64,000 nt of DNA from Camelus ferus (taxonomy: Eukaryota): NCBI RefSeq assembly GCF_009834535.1, contig NC_045696.1:6822001-6886000 (forward strand), read 5' to 3'. The stretch's first letter is position 1. Each line of letters begins with the position of its first letter. The position numbers and the translations under genes were made by a program. Shown one piece after another: positions 11,790-23,400 of the stretch. The notes beneath the pieces were generated by a model. It saw nothing but the letters and a program-made list of their open reading frames with translations, was not told where the DNA came from and ran no database searches.

Positions 11790-12160
11790 TATTGATTAGA
11801 TAGCTGCTACAACAGAAAATCCCTAAGTCTCAGCAGTTTAGCAAAATGGAAGATGGTTTCTCATCCTTGTAAATCCAGTTGGCTGATGCCATACCAGGGA
11901 TCAGATTGATGGATATTTTATTGTCTTTAACACTTGGCTTCCAAGATCTCCTGAGTGTTGATTTGCAATTGGCAGATAGGGAAAGAGGGAGAATAGGTGA
12001 TTATGCAGGAGATTTTCAATGATAGGAGCCTGGACGTAATTATATTAATCTTGCCCATATTCTATGGCAACACTTAATTGCAAAGGTAGCTGGAAGTTGT
12101 AGTTTAGCTCTATGTCCAGGAGGAAGGCAAACTGGTAGGGTGAACACACTTGAGTCTTCG
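11790..12160 (-). mobile_element. MaLR LTR (old MLT1, MLT1K/L-like)
   Basis: 'gctgctacaacagaaaatccctaagtctcagcagtttagc' ... 'ttgcaaaggtagctggaagttgtagtttagctctatgtccaggaggaag'. Confidence 0.7.
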
Positions 12161-13279
12161 GCATATATATCCAATGTTATACATGCACATTTGACTACTT
12201 TAATATAAATATCTTGTGTCAAAGAAATACTGTTAGTGTGAATCAGGAATAGAGTGGGTTAGAACCAATGATTTGTCCCAGTGGTAAAAAGGTCCTTATT
12301 TGAAATAATGTTTTGTTGAGCCATCAAGTCATTCTTCATTGGTGTATTTTTTTTTTAGTAAATTAGATGAGATCTTTTGACTTTTGGAGTAGGTGTATTT
12401 GATGCTTACAAAAGAGACGCAAATCTGTATTGTTTGACTTCTGGGAGCTGAACCATTAGAGTAGACACAAATAAAATCCAACTTCACAACCCATGCTCAG
12501 GAGAAAGTTTCCAATCCTGACAATTACACCCACACTGTGTCTAAGAATGCTGAAGAATTAGATTCTGTCTTCCAAGACCTAGCACTCGCCGTTGACTAGC
12601 AATTTGCATTTTGTTTTGAATCACATACACATCTATAGGTTAAACACATGCTTTAAGTTTAAGTTGAAATAATCCAACAAGAGCAGTGTTCTTCTGAAAA
12701 TAGGCCATGTAATTTGTAAGTAGTTTTTGAGAACTCCTGCCTGCCTCAAAGGAGAGCAGGTACCCTTGGAAACTTAAATCTATACCTTTTCACTAGAAGG
12801 GAGAGATCAGCTTTAATGCCAAATACACAATTTAGAAAAGAGAAATGTCAGGAGGAGATACATGAGAATGCTATGAAAGAAAGGGCCAGGAGAAACATGG
12901 TGGTCTTCCATATTGCTTCCAGCTATGTCATTCCCACTCCTCCAACTTAGGTGCGAAAGCCATGGTTCATTCATGCAGGGCCCAAGGTGGCCAAGCTGAA
13001 ACAATGAACACCTACCACTAATATATGTTCATCCTCCCATGGGGCAATTATATTGTATCAGAGAACTCTTGAACACTTGAAATCTCTTACCATTCCAAAG
13101 TGCAGAACATCCCATAGTGGAACTTCTGTTCAATGAAGAGAGCGTTTTTGAGGAGAGGGTTTATTTCACTGCCCAATCCTATCATTTCAACCTAGAAAGG
13201 ATATACACCAACTCAGTCACATGCAGAAGGGAGCAATCCACATGGTAGGTAAGTCTAAATCACATAACATAAGAAGTAG

Positions 13280-13620
13280 ATGAAGGAATTGGGACTATTT
13301 CCCCTAGAGAATTCTTGACAGGAGGGTAAGATAGTTGTTTTCAGGTGTCTTGATATTTGAAGATGAAGGAGCGATTATAATTGTTCTGCTGGCCTCTAAG
13401 GGATAAAACTAGGACCTAGTGGTGGAAGTTACAAAGTGCCATATTTCCCTTCAATATAAGAAAGAATGTTCTGTAGTCAGAGCTGGGCAGGGGTAATGTG
13501 ATCTGTCCTCTCCATTTGCACATTCCCCACCACTGGAAGGCACAGAGAAGCTGAGAGAGCTAAGATTTAGGGCTGGAGTAGAGGTGTTTTAAAGTCTCTG
13601 CCAACCCGGAGCTTCCAATC
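13280..13620 (+). mobile_element. L3/CR1 LINE 3' fragment
   Basis: 'aaactaggacctagtggtggaagttacaaagtgccatatttcccttcaatataagaaagaatgttctgtagtcagagctg' matches the CR1/L3 3' region. Confidence 0.7.
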
Positions 13621-14449
13621 CCCATAAAGACAGTGATGACCTACAGTTTCAGTCAACAGAGGTCCAGAGAGTAGACAGTGATGGTCACTCTGTGAAGCCA
13701 TCGTTTTCTTGGAGAACCACCACTTCTCTGTAAGAGTCAAATTTCACCAAATGACATCTCTCGGTCCATACCGTGTGGCCCATAAGAGCAGGCCTGGAGC
13801 ACAACGACCACATGACCAGGCTGCAGGCCCACAGGATTTATCACTCATGGGGAAGATTTACCCTTCTCCTTTATGTTGTCAATCACACTCTATTTTCAGT
13901 ATAGCTAAGGAATGGAATACCTCAGTGGGGGCTTCTCACAGCACCCCACAACTTCTTCTTTGTAAAAAGCCCCAATTTCCTTTCAGAGTTGAAACCCCAT
14001 GACACATCAGCCAGAATACACTTCAGATTTGCAGACATTTCTTTTGTGCAAAATAGGATGTGAATAAGACGGAGTTCCTACTCTTAAGGAATCCAGTTTC
14101 AATACTAGCAAGGAAGGAATGGACCTCTTCCTTTTCAGCTGTGTCCTGAAAACTCACCAGCGAATAACCTGAATATATATTCACCCTCCTGGGGTGGTGA
14201 CCAGACCCATCACAGTGAGGCATGTAAAGAGAGAGGTCACAAAGAGAGAAGCAAATAAAGGACCTATTATAGATGTGCTGTCATAAAAGGATTCCTTCAT
14301 TGAGAAGGAGACTGAATGAGGTGGCCCTCTTTCTCATTAGCAGCTGAGGAGTGTTGAGCCCCAAGCCAGCACGTCTCATGTCTCCCTTCTGTCCACAGAT
14401 GGATCTCTGTGGTCAGAAAGAAGCATTAAAGCTGACAGAAAGCTTAGGT

Positions 14450-14628
14450 CGGTGGTTCCCAACGTGTGTCCCAAAACCAGTAGCAACAGTGTCACCAAGG
14501 CAACTGATCACAAATGCTAATTCTCAAGCCCACCTCAGATCCACTGCATCAGAAACTCTGGGGATGGAGCAAACCATCTGCTCATCTCCTCCAGGAATCT
14601 GAGCAGCCACTAAGTTTGAGAACCACTG
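14450..14628. mobile_element. MER5A-like hAT-Charlie MITE
   Basis: TIRs cggtggttcccaa ... ttgagaaccactg; internal 'tcagaaactctggggatgg'. Confidence 0.85.
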
Positions 14629-15220
14629 GCTTTTTCTCAAATGCTGCCCTTCTTGTAAGGCATCTTCCAATAGTGAAGCCTTCCAAATGTGTGCTCGCTT
14701 GAGAGCTATGCAAAGCCACAACTGGAGATGGAATGCCTGCCCTTATCTTCCACTGCATAAGCAGATCTAACCTGGACTCAATGCCCGAGGGAAAAAGACA
14801 AAAACAAAAGGCTCTTGTTCCAACAGGCAAAATATGCACAATCACACTAAGTGGAGAAGGTTATGGGCAGAAAGCAAAGGCTTCTCTATTGCTCTCTTCA
14901 TATAAATAAACTTCTTAGTCTTTTGGAATTTGAGTTCATCCGTCCAGAAGTTTTCTAGTTCTTATTTTGAATTAATAGTCTCATCTATTATCCTTTAAAT
15001 AAAAGATGTCATCAGGGAATAAGAATGGTGTACTCTGGAGAAAAGTCACATTTCAAAAACTGAATAGTGGGCTTATCATGGCAAACCTTCATGCAGTCAG
15101 GTGAAGAATAATTGTAGTTATATAACATTTGTTTTTGTTTAAAACCTCTCTTGACCATCTGCATATTTCCAGAAATTGACCTTTAATAGCTGCCTTTGAA
15201 TCACCATGGCTTCTTGAACC

Positions 15221-15720
15221 AGTCAGTCAACAAACCTTTAACAAGTATCTACTATGTAAAGAAGACAAAGGAGGAAAAAGGAAGAAGTGTCCTAATTTTA
15301 GCCCTCGGAGGCATTGGGACTTCGAAAATAAGAATATTAGTGAAACAATAATTTACAAGACAAAGAAGCAAAGTGTTAAGAGAGTGCTGGGCTTTGACTA
15401 TGGAAGGGGAACATCAAAAAAGGCTGATGTGGGTAGGAAACATCCAAGGTTATGGTGGAAGTTAAAGGAATCTTGGCAGAAGTAGAGTTTTGATTGGGAA
15501 ACAGGGACAGGAGAGCATTTCAAATGAGAAATCAGTCTGCACGCAGGGAACACTGGGAATGAGGGTTGATCAGGAAGGGGTATGATCTACCACCTCATAG
15601 AGAAAAGAGGGACCATGGATGGCCATGGAACTTGAGTCTTAGATCTCAAGTGATGGCTTTGTTAGGGGGCAAAAGGGAGGATACACAAATTTTATTCTGC
15701 CATCTTAATCTAGCAGCCTT
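15221..15720 (-). mobile_element. L2 LINE fragment (degenerate)
   Basis: 'cagtcagtcaacaaacctttaacaagtatctactatgt' resembles the reverse L2 tail; purine-rich L2-like body. Confidence 0.5.
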
Positions 15721-18700
15721 GGGCAAGGCAGACTTGAGAGAAAATACTGGGATCAGGAGACACCTGGATGCTGGTGGGAAGGGAGGAGGACCAAAGCATG
15801 CCCAGAGTCGTAAACCAGCAACAGAAAAATGATCCCATTTTAGTGCTTTCCCTGGTGCTGAAATTAGAAGCTCACTCATGAGTGGAGAGACCAGGCTGAT
15901 GATGGATTCAGCCCAAAGAAAGCCCTAACATTGAGCGCTCCATAAGCAAGAGGGATTGCACGTGGCCGCGGTCCAGGTGTGGAATGTTGAGATCGCTCCA
16001 GTGAATAAGTAACACACAACTGGGAAGGAGGCTGAGCCTGAGTGAGGGCTGCAGCGGCGAGTTAGAGCTCAGGTTAAACAGAGCTGCCACTTGTTGGGCC
16101 TTGTCACCTTCACATGCAGTCACTTGGCTGCAGCATGCCAGAATGTGTCTTTGGGAATTTGTCCTTCCTGAGGCACTGTCAGGACAAGTATGCCGAGGGT
16201 TACAAATGGGAGATTTGTCAGTCCTGCAGGTGATAGGACCATGTTATTTTGTGATATGAAGAACTCCTTTCTCGTTTGCAAAAACACTGTTGCTTGATTT
16301 TCACTTCATAGTTGTTCCCAGTCATGCATGTTGAACTCTTGTCGTTTTCTCTGCTCGTGGAATAAAACTCGCTGAAGCCCTAATGGAAGTCACCTTGGAT
16401 TTAGTCTTGCTTGGAACAGCAGTGAATGGAGGCCCCGGGAAACATGAAGTCTTAGGTGAATCCTTTCAGTGCCTGTCACTAAGCCAGAGTTCCCACTGCT
16501 ACCACCAAAGAGTAAGCATATGATGGGTTTGTATGGAACCACCTTCATCGGGAAATAACCTCAATGGCATGGCTCCCCCAGTGTGAGGTGTGGTTCAGAT
16601 CTACAACTGCAAAATGAGTAAAGATCATTTTTATAAGACTTCAAAATAATTTTTAAAAATAATGAGCTAAAATTCTTTTCTTTCAGTGAATTTTGTTTTT
16701 CAGAGAAATAGTTCATTTGGTCTACAATATTGAAATAAGAGTCTCGATTCTCTATTCTCATTGTGTATATAAGTGGAGTTTATTTTAAATTAGCAATGCT
16801 GATTCTTTTATGAGACTTGGCTATCAGGGGAAAACAAAAAGGTTATGTTGGGCACGGGGTAATAAGGGCTATCACGCGGCATCCTCAGATCAGCAAGTGT
16901 ATCTCCTCTGAAAATTCCTGATTATAAATAATCACCTAATCTCCAAAACAATACCAAAGTCACCCACAATGGCTCACCCATACACAGGGTTTGTAACATC
17001 CAGATTTTAGAGCAACTGATAGAGAAGATGACATTGTGGTGACACACAAAACTAGTCTGGGATAGGATAATTTCATGAAAATCTGCCAATCATTTTCAAA
17101 TGAACCTCCAATTTTGTCACTGACTGAATAAGATGTTCTTAAAATAAGCAATTGTTCAACTACGCCAGCCTTTCTTTTGGTTGTCCCCGATCAGTCCAAA
17201 GTAGATTGTCCTTTTACTGCAAAAGTATCAGGAGGCTGTTAGCACTGAGGTTGGACCCTGGTGGTCCTTGTGAGAAACTGTAATCCTCATTTGATTCATT
17301 CAAGCTCTTGCAATATGCAAGTATTGTTCTAGTCCGTTCCTTTACTCATGTGAGGAATGTGGACTCAAGGTACTTCATTTCTTGTTCAATTTCCAGGGGA
17401 GCGGTTGGTATGGCTAGAATAAGGCATCCCCGGAAATGTGAGGTCAGCAGTCAGGGCTCCCGTAAGTGACAGGCCCTACCTCCCCATCTGGGCGTCTTCC
17501 CGCACCCAGGTCCGCAAAGGGGAATTGACTGAGTCACGTGCACCTTGCACTCTAACCCCAAAACAGACCAAATCACTCCGTGCCCCTACAGCACCCCCAG
17601 GACTTCGTACATGCCCAAATGAGTACATGAGGAAAGACAAGGGAAACCCCATGCATCTGGCAAAGACAGGGGAAAAGGTGGACTAGGACCTGGGAGCTCT
17701 GAGCACAAGAGAAGGACTCTCGGGCGGTGGGCAGGGAATGGACAGCGGTGTCTAACAAGGAGAGAAAGTGGGCCTCAGGTATATGCAAGAGAGCCTTGCT
17801 GAAAGCAGAGGGCTGATGCCATAAAATCTCTTTAAAAGAAGGGAGGGTAATTTGTTTGCTGTCATCTCAGGAAATCGAAACAATAAACCAGGCAGCTTCT
17901 TGAGTTAAATATCCAGGTCACTAAATTCGAGATGTCAATTAAAGTATCTTTGAAAATACCACCCCAATTCAAAGTCACGCCCTCGGGCTTGCGCCGTCTC
18001 CTCTCACCATAGGCATTTTCCTGGGGACAATTCCGTGGGCCTTCCTGTGCAGCCACTTCATGGACTGAAGTGTGTCGCATGGTGTCGCTGTGCCCTCCAC
18101 CTCCTGACAACCAAGGCTAGGCTTTGACATCACTGCACCCTCTCTGCCGCTCTCCTTAAGAGTTTCATGAAAGAGCCATTCAATATGTGGTGTTTGAATG
18201 ATATTTTGATGATGCCTCAAGTTTTCCGCTTCCAGCAGAAATCTTAGAAATCTATTAAAACTCTTTAAAAATAGCTCTCTTTGGAAGATGAATACAGATT
18301 ATATTACTCCCTGCAGTAAAATTGTAGCCATCTCCAGAAGTTCAGTAAAAACCACCTGAGCAAGAAATCAAAGACCCAAATGCTGTAGATGGAGGCCAGA
18401 GGGGAGACAAGAGAGAAAGAACTTTTTCTTCTCTTGGTAACTTGTATTAGTGAAAACATCTCTTGTGGATGTCACTCCAGCACAGCATGTGAATGTACGA
18501 GGGAAAGGTATGAATGTGGGTTTCAGATGGGACGACGCCGAGCAACATTCTCACTTCTCTGAGCCCCGTAAAAACTGAAGCTCAGTCATTTCCAGCTCGT
18601 TGGTTTCTGACACGCCTGTGCTGGTCTGAGCCCTCACGCTGTTAGCCGTAACCACGTTTCCTTTCAAGAAGCCTGAGAGGTTGGCGTGGACGTTGAGTCA

Positions 18701-19479
18701 TGCGGTGCCGCAGAACGAGCCTTGACAGGTGCTGAGCTGTCAGATGAGTTACTGAACTTCTTTCTCTACCAGGTTTCCCAGCTCTCGAGTAGGGCTCATT
18801 CAGGGAAATAAACCAACAGATTAGGGAGCTATTTTTCCTATCCCCTGTTTCTAAGAGGATCTGGAAAATTATAATGAGCAATTTCATGATTTTACACTTT
18901 TTCTCAAGTGCCAAGTGAATCTGTCCAGGGGGCAGGTGCTACTTACAGCCTCATCATAGGCTTTTGAAGGAGAAACAAGTTCACGGTGGGGAATAATGCC
19001 CCAGATACACTGGGGGCCCCCACATCAACGAAGACTGAACTGTGCCCAGTGTGGCAGACTCACGACATGGGGAAGTGAGCTCATGGGTTGGAAAGGTTTT
19101 TAACAACTGAATCTGAAATCCAGGGAATCCTAGGCTGATATTCTTCTGGGTGGAATAGCTAATCCAAGTAACTCACTTAAACCAGACCACCCCATTCCTG
19201 AGGCCCGTGAAGTTTCCCAGCAAAGTCAATACTGCACCTAGTGAGTACAAATGAGTTTCCAAATGTATACAAGGTTATGGATGGACGGAGAGAGCTGGCC
19301 ACGTTTATGCCTGTGTGAGCATAGAACCCTCACGACAGCTTTTTATGTGTGGTTTCCGTGCAAGTGATACTTCTGGGACCCATCCTGGTGACACTTCTAC
19401 CAATGGAAATGTGGAGAAGTTGGGTGTAGCCAGACTTCTGGAAACCAATCTTCTCTTTCTCTGAGACAACACTGACCTT

Positions 19480-19703
19480 TAAAGTAACTGGCCAGTTTCG
19501 CCAGTCAGAGCTAATGTCTCTCTTAATTTTTAGAATTTTCCTGGTTGGTCCCACATATTTATTCCTCAGGTTGAACATTGAAATCATTTCTTCAGGTTGA
19601 AAAAACAATCCCCCCCATGACCGCACCACAGCTATCTGTTCATGTTTCATTCCATCCATAAAAAATAAACAAATAAATAAAATAAAAATAAAGTAACTGG
19701 CCA
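19480..19703 (+). mobile_element. TSD-flanked, A-tailed retroposed insertion of unidentified sequence
   Basis: 15-bp direct repeat TAAAGTAACTGGCCA at 19480-19494 and 19689-19703; A-rich tail 19660-19688; TTT|AAAG endonuclease-type site. Confidence 0.7.
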
Positions 19704-20220
19704 ATTTTAACTCTCTGTTTTAATATTTCTACAAAGCAAGAATGTCAACAGCTAAATCAGGAAGAGTAAACACATTTTGAGATTAACAAACCCTGTGCTC
19801 AGACAGCTTGACTAAAACCAATAAAATGCAACTTGTTTCACCCGGGCATTTCTCACTTACTCATTGTACAGGTAAGCTAATTCAATATAGAAAAATGTAA
19901 AGATTTGAATAAGCTAAAAAAAAAAAAGTCAGGAAGGCAGCAGGCAGGAAGGAAGGGAGGAGGGAGAGAGGAAAGAGGGAAGGAAATAGCACGTATCGTA
20001 AATAAATGAGTTTATGGTTTTAACTAAAACCGATCACCGCGCACACTATTCTGTTGCTCACTTTTCTTACCTGGTAATACTCCATCAGCTTCTTTCTGCG
20101 TCAGTAAGTGGGGGTGGGCGGTAGACGTCTGCAGCCCCACTCCTAGCTGGGGCTCACACTCGGCACTTTAATCGCCTTGCTCGTGGCCCCTGGCTAAGCC
20201 TTGAACGGGAGAGGTACTCA

Positions 20221-20529
20221 CCTGAGAACCAGGGGAGCTGATGACGTAAAGCTCAGTCTGAGGGCAGGATAAGATGGGTAAGACTTTCTAATTCAAGCAG
20301 TGAGGCAGAAAAAGGAGGCAAATTTCTTCTTCTTCCACCTTTTTTTTTATTCAGGCTGGCAGTGGATTGGATGGTGAGGGTGTGGGGGGAATCTACCTTA
20401 CTGAGTCCACTGATTCAGAGGTTAATCTCATCCTAAAACAACCTCCCAGAAACACCCAGAAATAGCAGTAACAGTTAATCCGGGCACCTCATGGCACAGT
20501 CAAGTTGACACCTAAAATAAACCATTGCA
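20221..20529 (-). mobile_element. ERVL LTR (MLT2-like)
   Basis: 'ctgagtccactgattcagaggttaatctcatcc...gaaacacccagaaata...cagtcaagttgacacctaaaataaccattgca' is the reverse of the MLT2 5' end. Confidence 0.85.
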
Positions 20530-20579
20530 TGGCATATCAGACACTGCCCCGAACATAGTAGGTACCCAATATTGTTGAG

Positions 20580-20862
20580 TAAATATGGAGTATCATTGCG
20601 ATGGCCGCACTGTAAGCAATTCTGAAACGTATTTACTGTGAATTTGTTTCACCCTCATTTTGGACATTAGCGTTATTTTCGTTTTTTGTTGTCAGCACCG
20701 CTAGTATAAGCATCCTTGCACACACCGTATCAGCTTGCTCCTTTAGCATAAAGTGCTGTGAATGTAATTGCCGAGTAAAATGGTCAGCACTTTCTTAAAG
20801 CGCCTGCAACATTTCACCAAATTACCCTCCGGAAAGGCTGCCCGTGTTTACACTCCACCAGG
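20580..20862 (-). mobile_element. Old L1 (L1M/L1ME) fragment; probably continues at ~20030-20110 left of the MLT2
   Basis: 'ttttggacattag...gcatccttgcacac...gtaattgccgagtaaaatgg...ccaaattaccctccggaaaggctg...tttacactccaccag'. Confidence 0.7.
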
Positions 20863-21230
20863 GCCCCAGGCTACAGATCCACTGACCACACAAGCAGCCT
20901 GAATTGATGCAAAACCATTCAAAGAATAGGACCAGGTCTTTCTTACCTGCCGGAACCTGTGCCCATTTGAGCCACTCAGCCACCTGACCCGGCCAGTGAC
21001 AAAGAAGGAGTTGATACCAGACATTGGGCAAAAATCTTTCCTCTGGTGAAATTCAGATGATACAAGTTTGAGAGATAATGTCCCAGTCGTTAAGCCAGTT
21101 GATCCTCACAAGAACCCCCTGTGGAATGGCGCACACACTGTTGGCCACTGGAATGATGATGGCAGATCCATCATTTCTTTAAATTTGTTTTGTTTTTTAC
21201 GTTTCTAACCATTGGTCCATTATTCCACAG

Positions 21231-21490
21231 TGAGGCAGTGTGGCACAGTGTTTGAATGTAGGCTGCAGAAGGCAGGGTTTGAATTCTGTACTTCAACCAA
21301 TTCCTGGGTCACCTTGGTCAACTTACTTAATTTCCCTGTGCCTTAGTTTTCTCATCTACAGAATGAGAACAGCTAATATTCCCTCTCTGACAGCGTTGTG
21401 GTGAGTATTAAATAATGTTTGGGAAGTGCCCAGAGAGTACCCAGTAAACTATAAACCTTCTCAGTATCTGTCACTCATAATTATTATGCT
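21231..21490 (+). mobile_element. Near full-length MIR
   Basis: tRNA-like head 'ggcagtgtggcacagtg...gggtttgaattc' and core 'ccttggtcaacttacttaatttccctgtgccttagttttctcatctacagaatgag'. Confidence 0.85.
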
Positions 21491-22699
21491 ACACATTATC
21501 ATCAGCTTGAGGTTTTTCAACACATGCTTCATCAATTTTTTTTCTCTTTACCTTCCATGTAACCCAAGTTCACACAGGTGGGTCGTACGAGGTCACCAGG
21601 ATTTGTAATTAGCGTCCGGAGTCCGGGCATCCTGCCTGGAACTTCCCCACTCTGCCCTTTCAACATGCAGGATCCCTTCCTCAGTCACACTCACGCTGGA
21701 CGGCCGTGTCCAAGACGGGTCCTTTAGAAGAGATTTTAAGCAATTTGGCAGAACTGGGCTAGTCTATTAGCTTCTTGAAATGCTTTTATAATTTTAAACT
21801 TGAGGGATGGGGAGGGAGGGGAGTTGGGAAAAAAGAGAGAGTGAGACAGAAGAATCCAGCTTAGGGCAGTTTCTTAACAATAGCTTCTGTAGTCTACTTG
21901 GCCATATTTCAGGGCCAAAACCAGCTTTCCCTCTGAGTTCACAAACTATTATTATTCCACGTGATGCCATGATTTCTGCGGAGATTATGCACAAAAGATA
22001 AAAATCCCTTGCTTTTGCCACCATCATTCCATCTCAACCCAGGAGCAAGTCAGCATAATATTTCTCAGGAGACAGAGTTGTCTCTTCCTTTATTAGCTGA
22101 TTTCCCTCCTAAAACATAAGAAACATAGACTCATTAGAGGACTGAAGGTTTTTGCTCCTTAACAGAAAGAAAAAAAAAACTGTCTTCTTTTTTTTAGCTA
22201 TGTGAGAGTTTTTGCTGGTTAATTTTAAAACATTGAGAAATATTTTCTTTTCAAAACAAACAGGAAAAGAAATTTCTTTCCCTGGTTATATCTTTCATTA
22301 AAACAAAATACAATTTCATAGATATCTTAACAATTCAGTTCTTCCAACGTCTCTGATATTTAGTGCTTTGGCTTTACCCATATTTTACAGAGGGAAATCT
22401 TTTATTCCCCAACAATGCATGAAGTTTGTTGATTCCAATCTGTAACTCCATCCACCATCTATAAGCTTTCTAGAGCAAAAAACAAAACAAAACCAAAAAA
22501 ACTAGTAGCACATAATTGACATTTTGAAAATTTAAAAGAAATGAAATCCACTAGGAACAACTCTTGAAAGGCACTTTGCAGCAGGCCAACCTGGAGTGGA
22601 ATTTTCCAGTGACTAGGAAAGACTCGAGAGCCAATCAGATGACCATTCTAATGAAAAACAGCAGAACACAGACACCAGGCTCGTATCAGAGCCGGAGAC

Positions 22700-22845
22700 A
22701 CTCAGATACAGGATGCTGCCGACAACCTTGTCCACCGCAGCTATACAGATTCGACAGGTCTGCGGTGCCCACCCTGCCCCGCCCCACGTGGGTGCGTCTT
22801 CAGAGCCTCCCAGGTGATTTTACAGGGCAGCCAGGGTGGCGAACC
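22700..22845. mobile_element. MER5-like fragment
   Basis: 'gcctcccaggtgattttacagggcagccagggtggcgaacc'. Confidence 0.5.
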
Positions 22846-22964
22846 CGAGGGAGCACGTGCACACAGCCCAGTGTTAAAGGTTCAGTGTGTGACAGTGACA
22901 GAAGTCTTCCCTTGTGCTGCCTCCTGAGCTCCAGTTCAGGAGGTGGTTTGCCATCTGTAATCTC

Positions 22965-23400
22965 ATTTGATTCGTCACTCCCTCAGCAAACAGGCATTGG
23001 GTCCTCCGGGGTCCTAGGTGCTGCAGTAACTCTCAGGAACCAGATGAGACGGGCTCTTTCTACAGAGGGGTGGTGCTGTCTTGCTGCTGGGGGTGGGACT
23101 GCCGTCCCCAAGACTGTGCCGTTGTGCAGTTGTGAAGTCTGCACAGGCCTCTTAACATCTCGGAGCACTGAGAGCAGAGCTGCACCCTAATGAACTTGGG
23201 TGATCCGAGGTGGCCGTGGGGAAGGACAGGGCTTGGTGGGATCAGGGAGCCAGGGGAGCAGATGTGAGGAGGGGGTCAGGAGGCAGATCGCAGGGACCTG
23301 GTGCACCACAGTCAGGACCTTAGATTTCATCCCAGAGGCAACTGGGAGCCAAAGCAAGATTTTAGACCAGACGGCAGAAGGGACACTTTGCTCCTAGAAG
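22965..23400 (-). mobile_element. L2 LINE fragment
   Basis: 'atttgattcgtcactccctcagcaaac...' tail and 'ggcagatcgcagggacctg...aggaccttagatttcatcccagaggcaactgggagcca'. Confidence 0.7.

Noticed and set aside
22564..23190. 208-aa ORF
   Set aside because: Spans MER5 and L2 relics, has a non-ATG start and no recognisable protein features.
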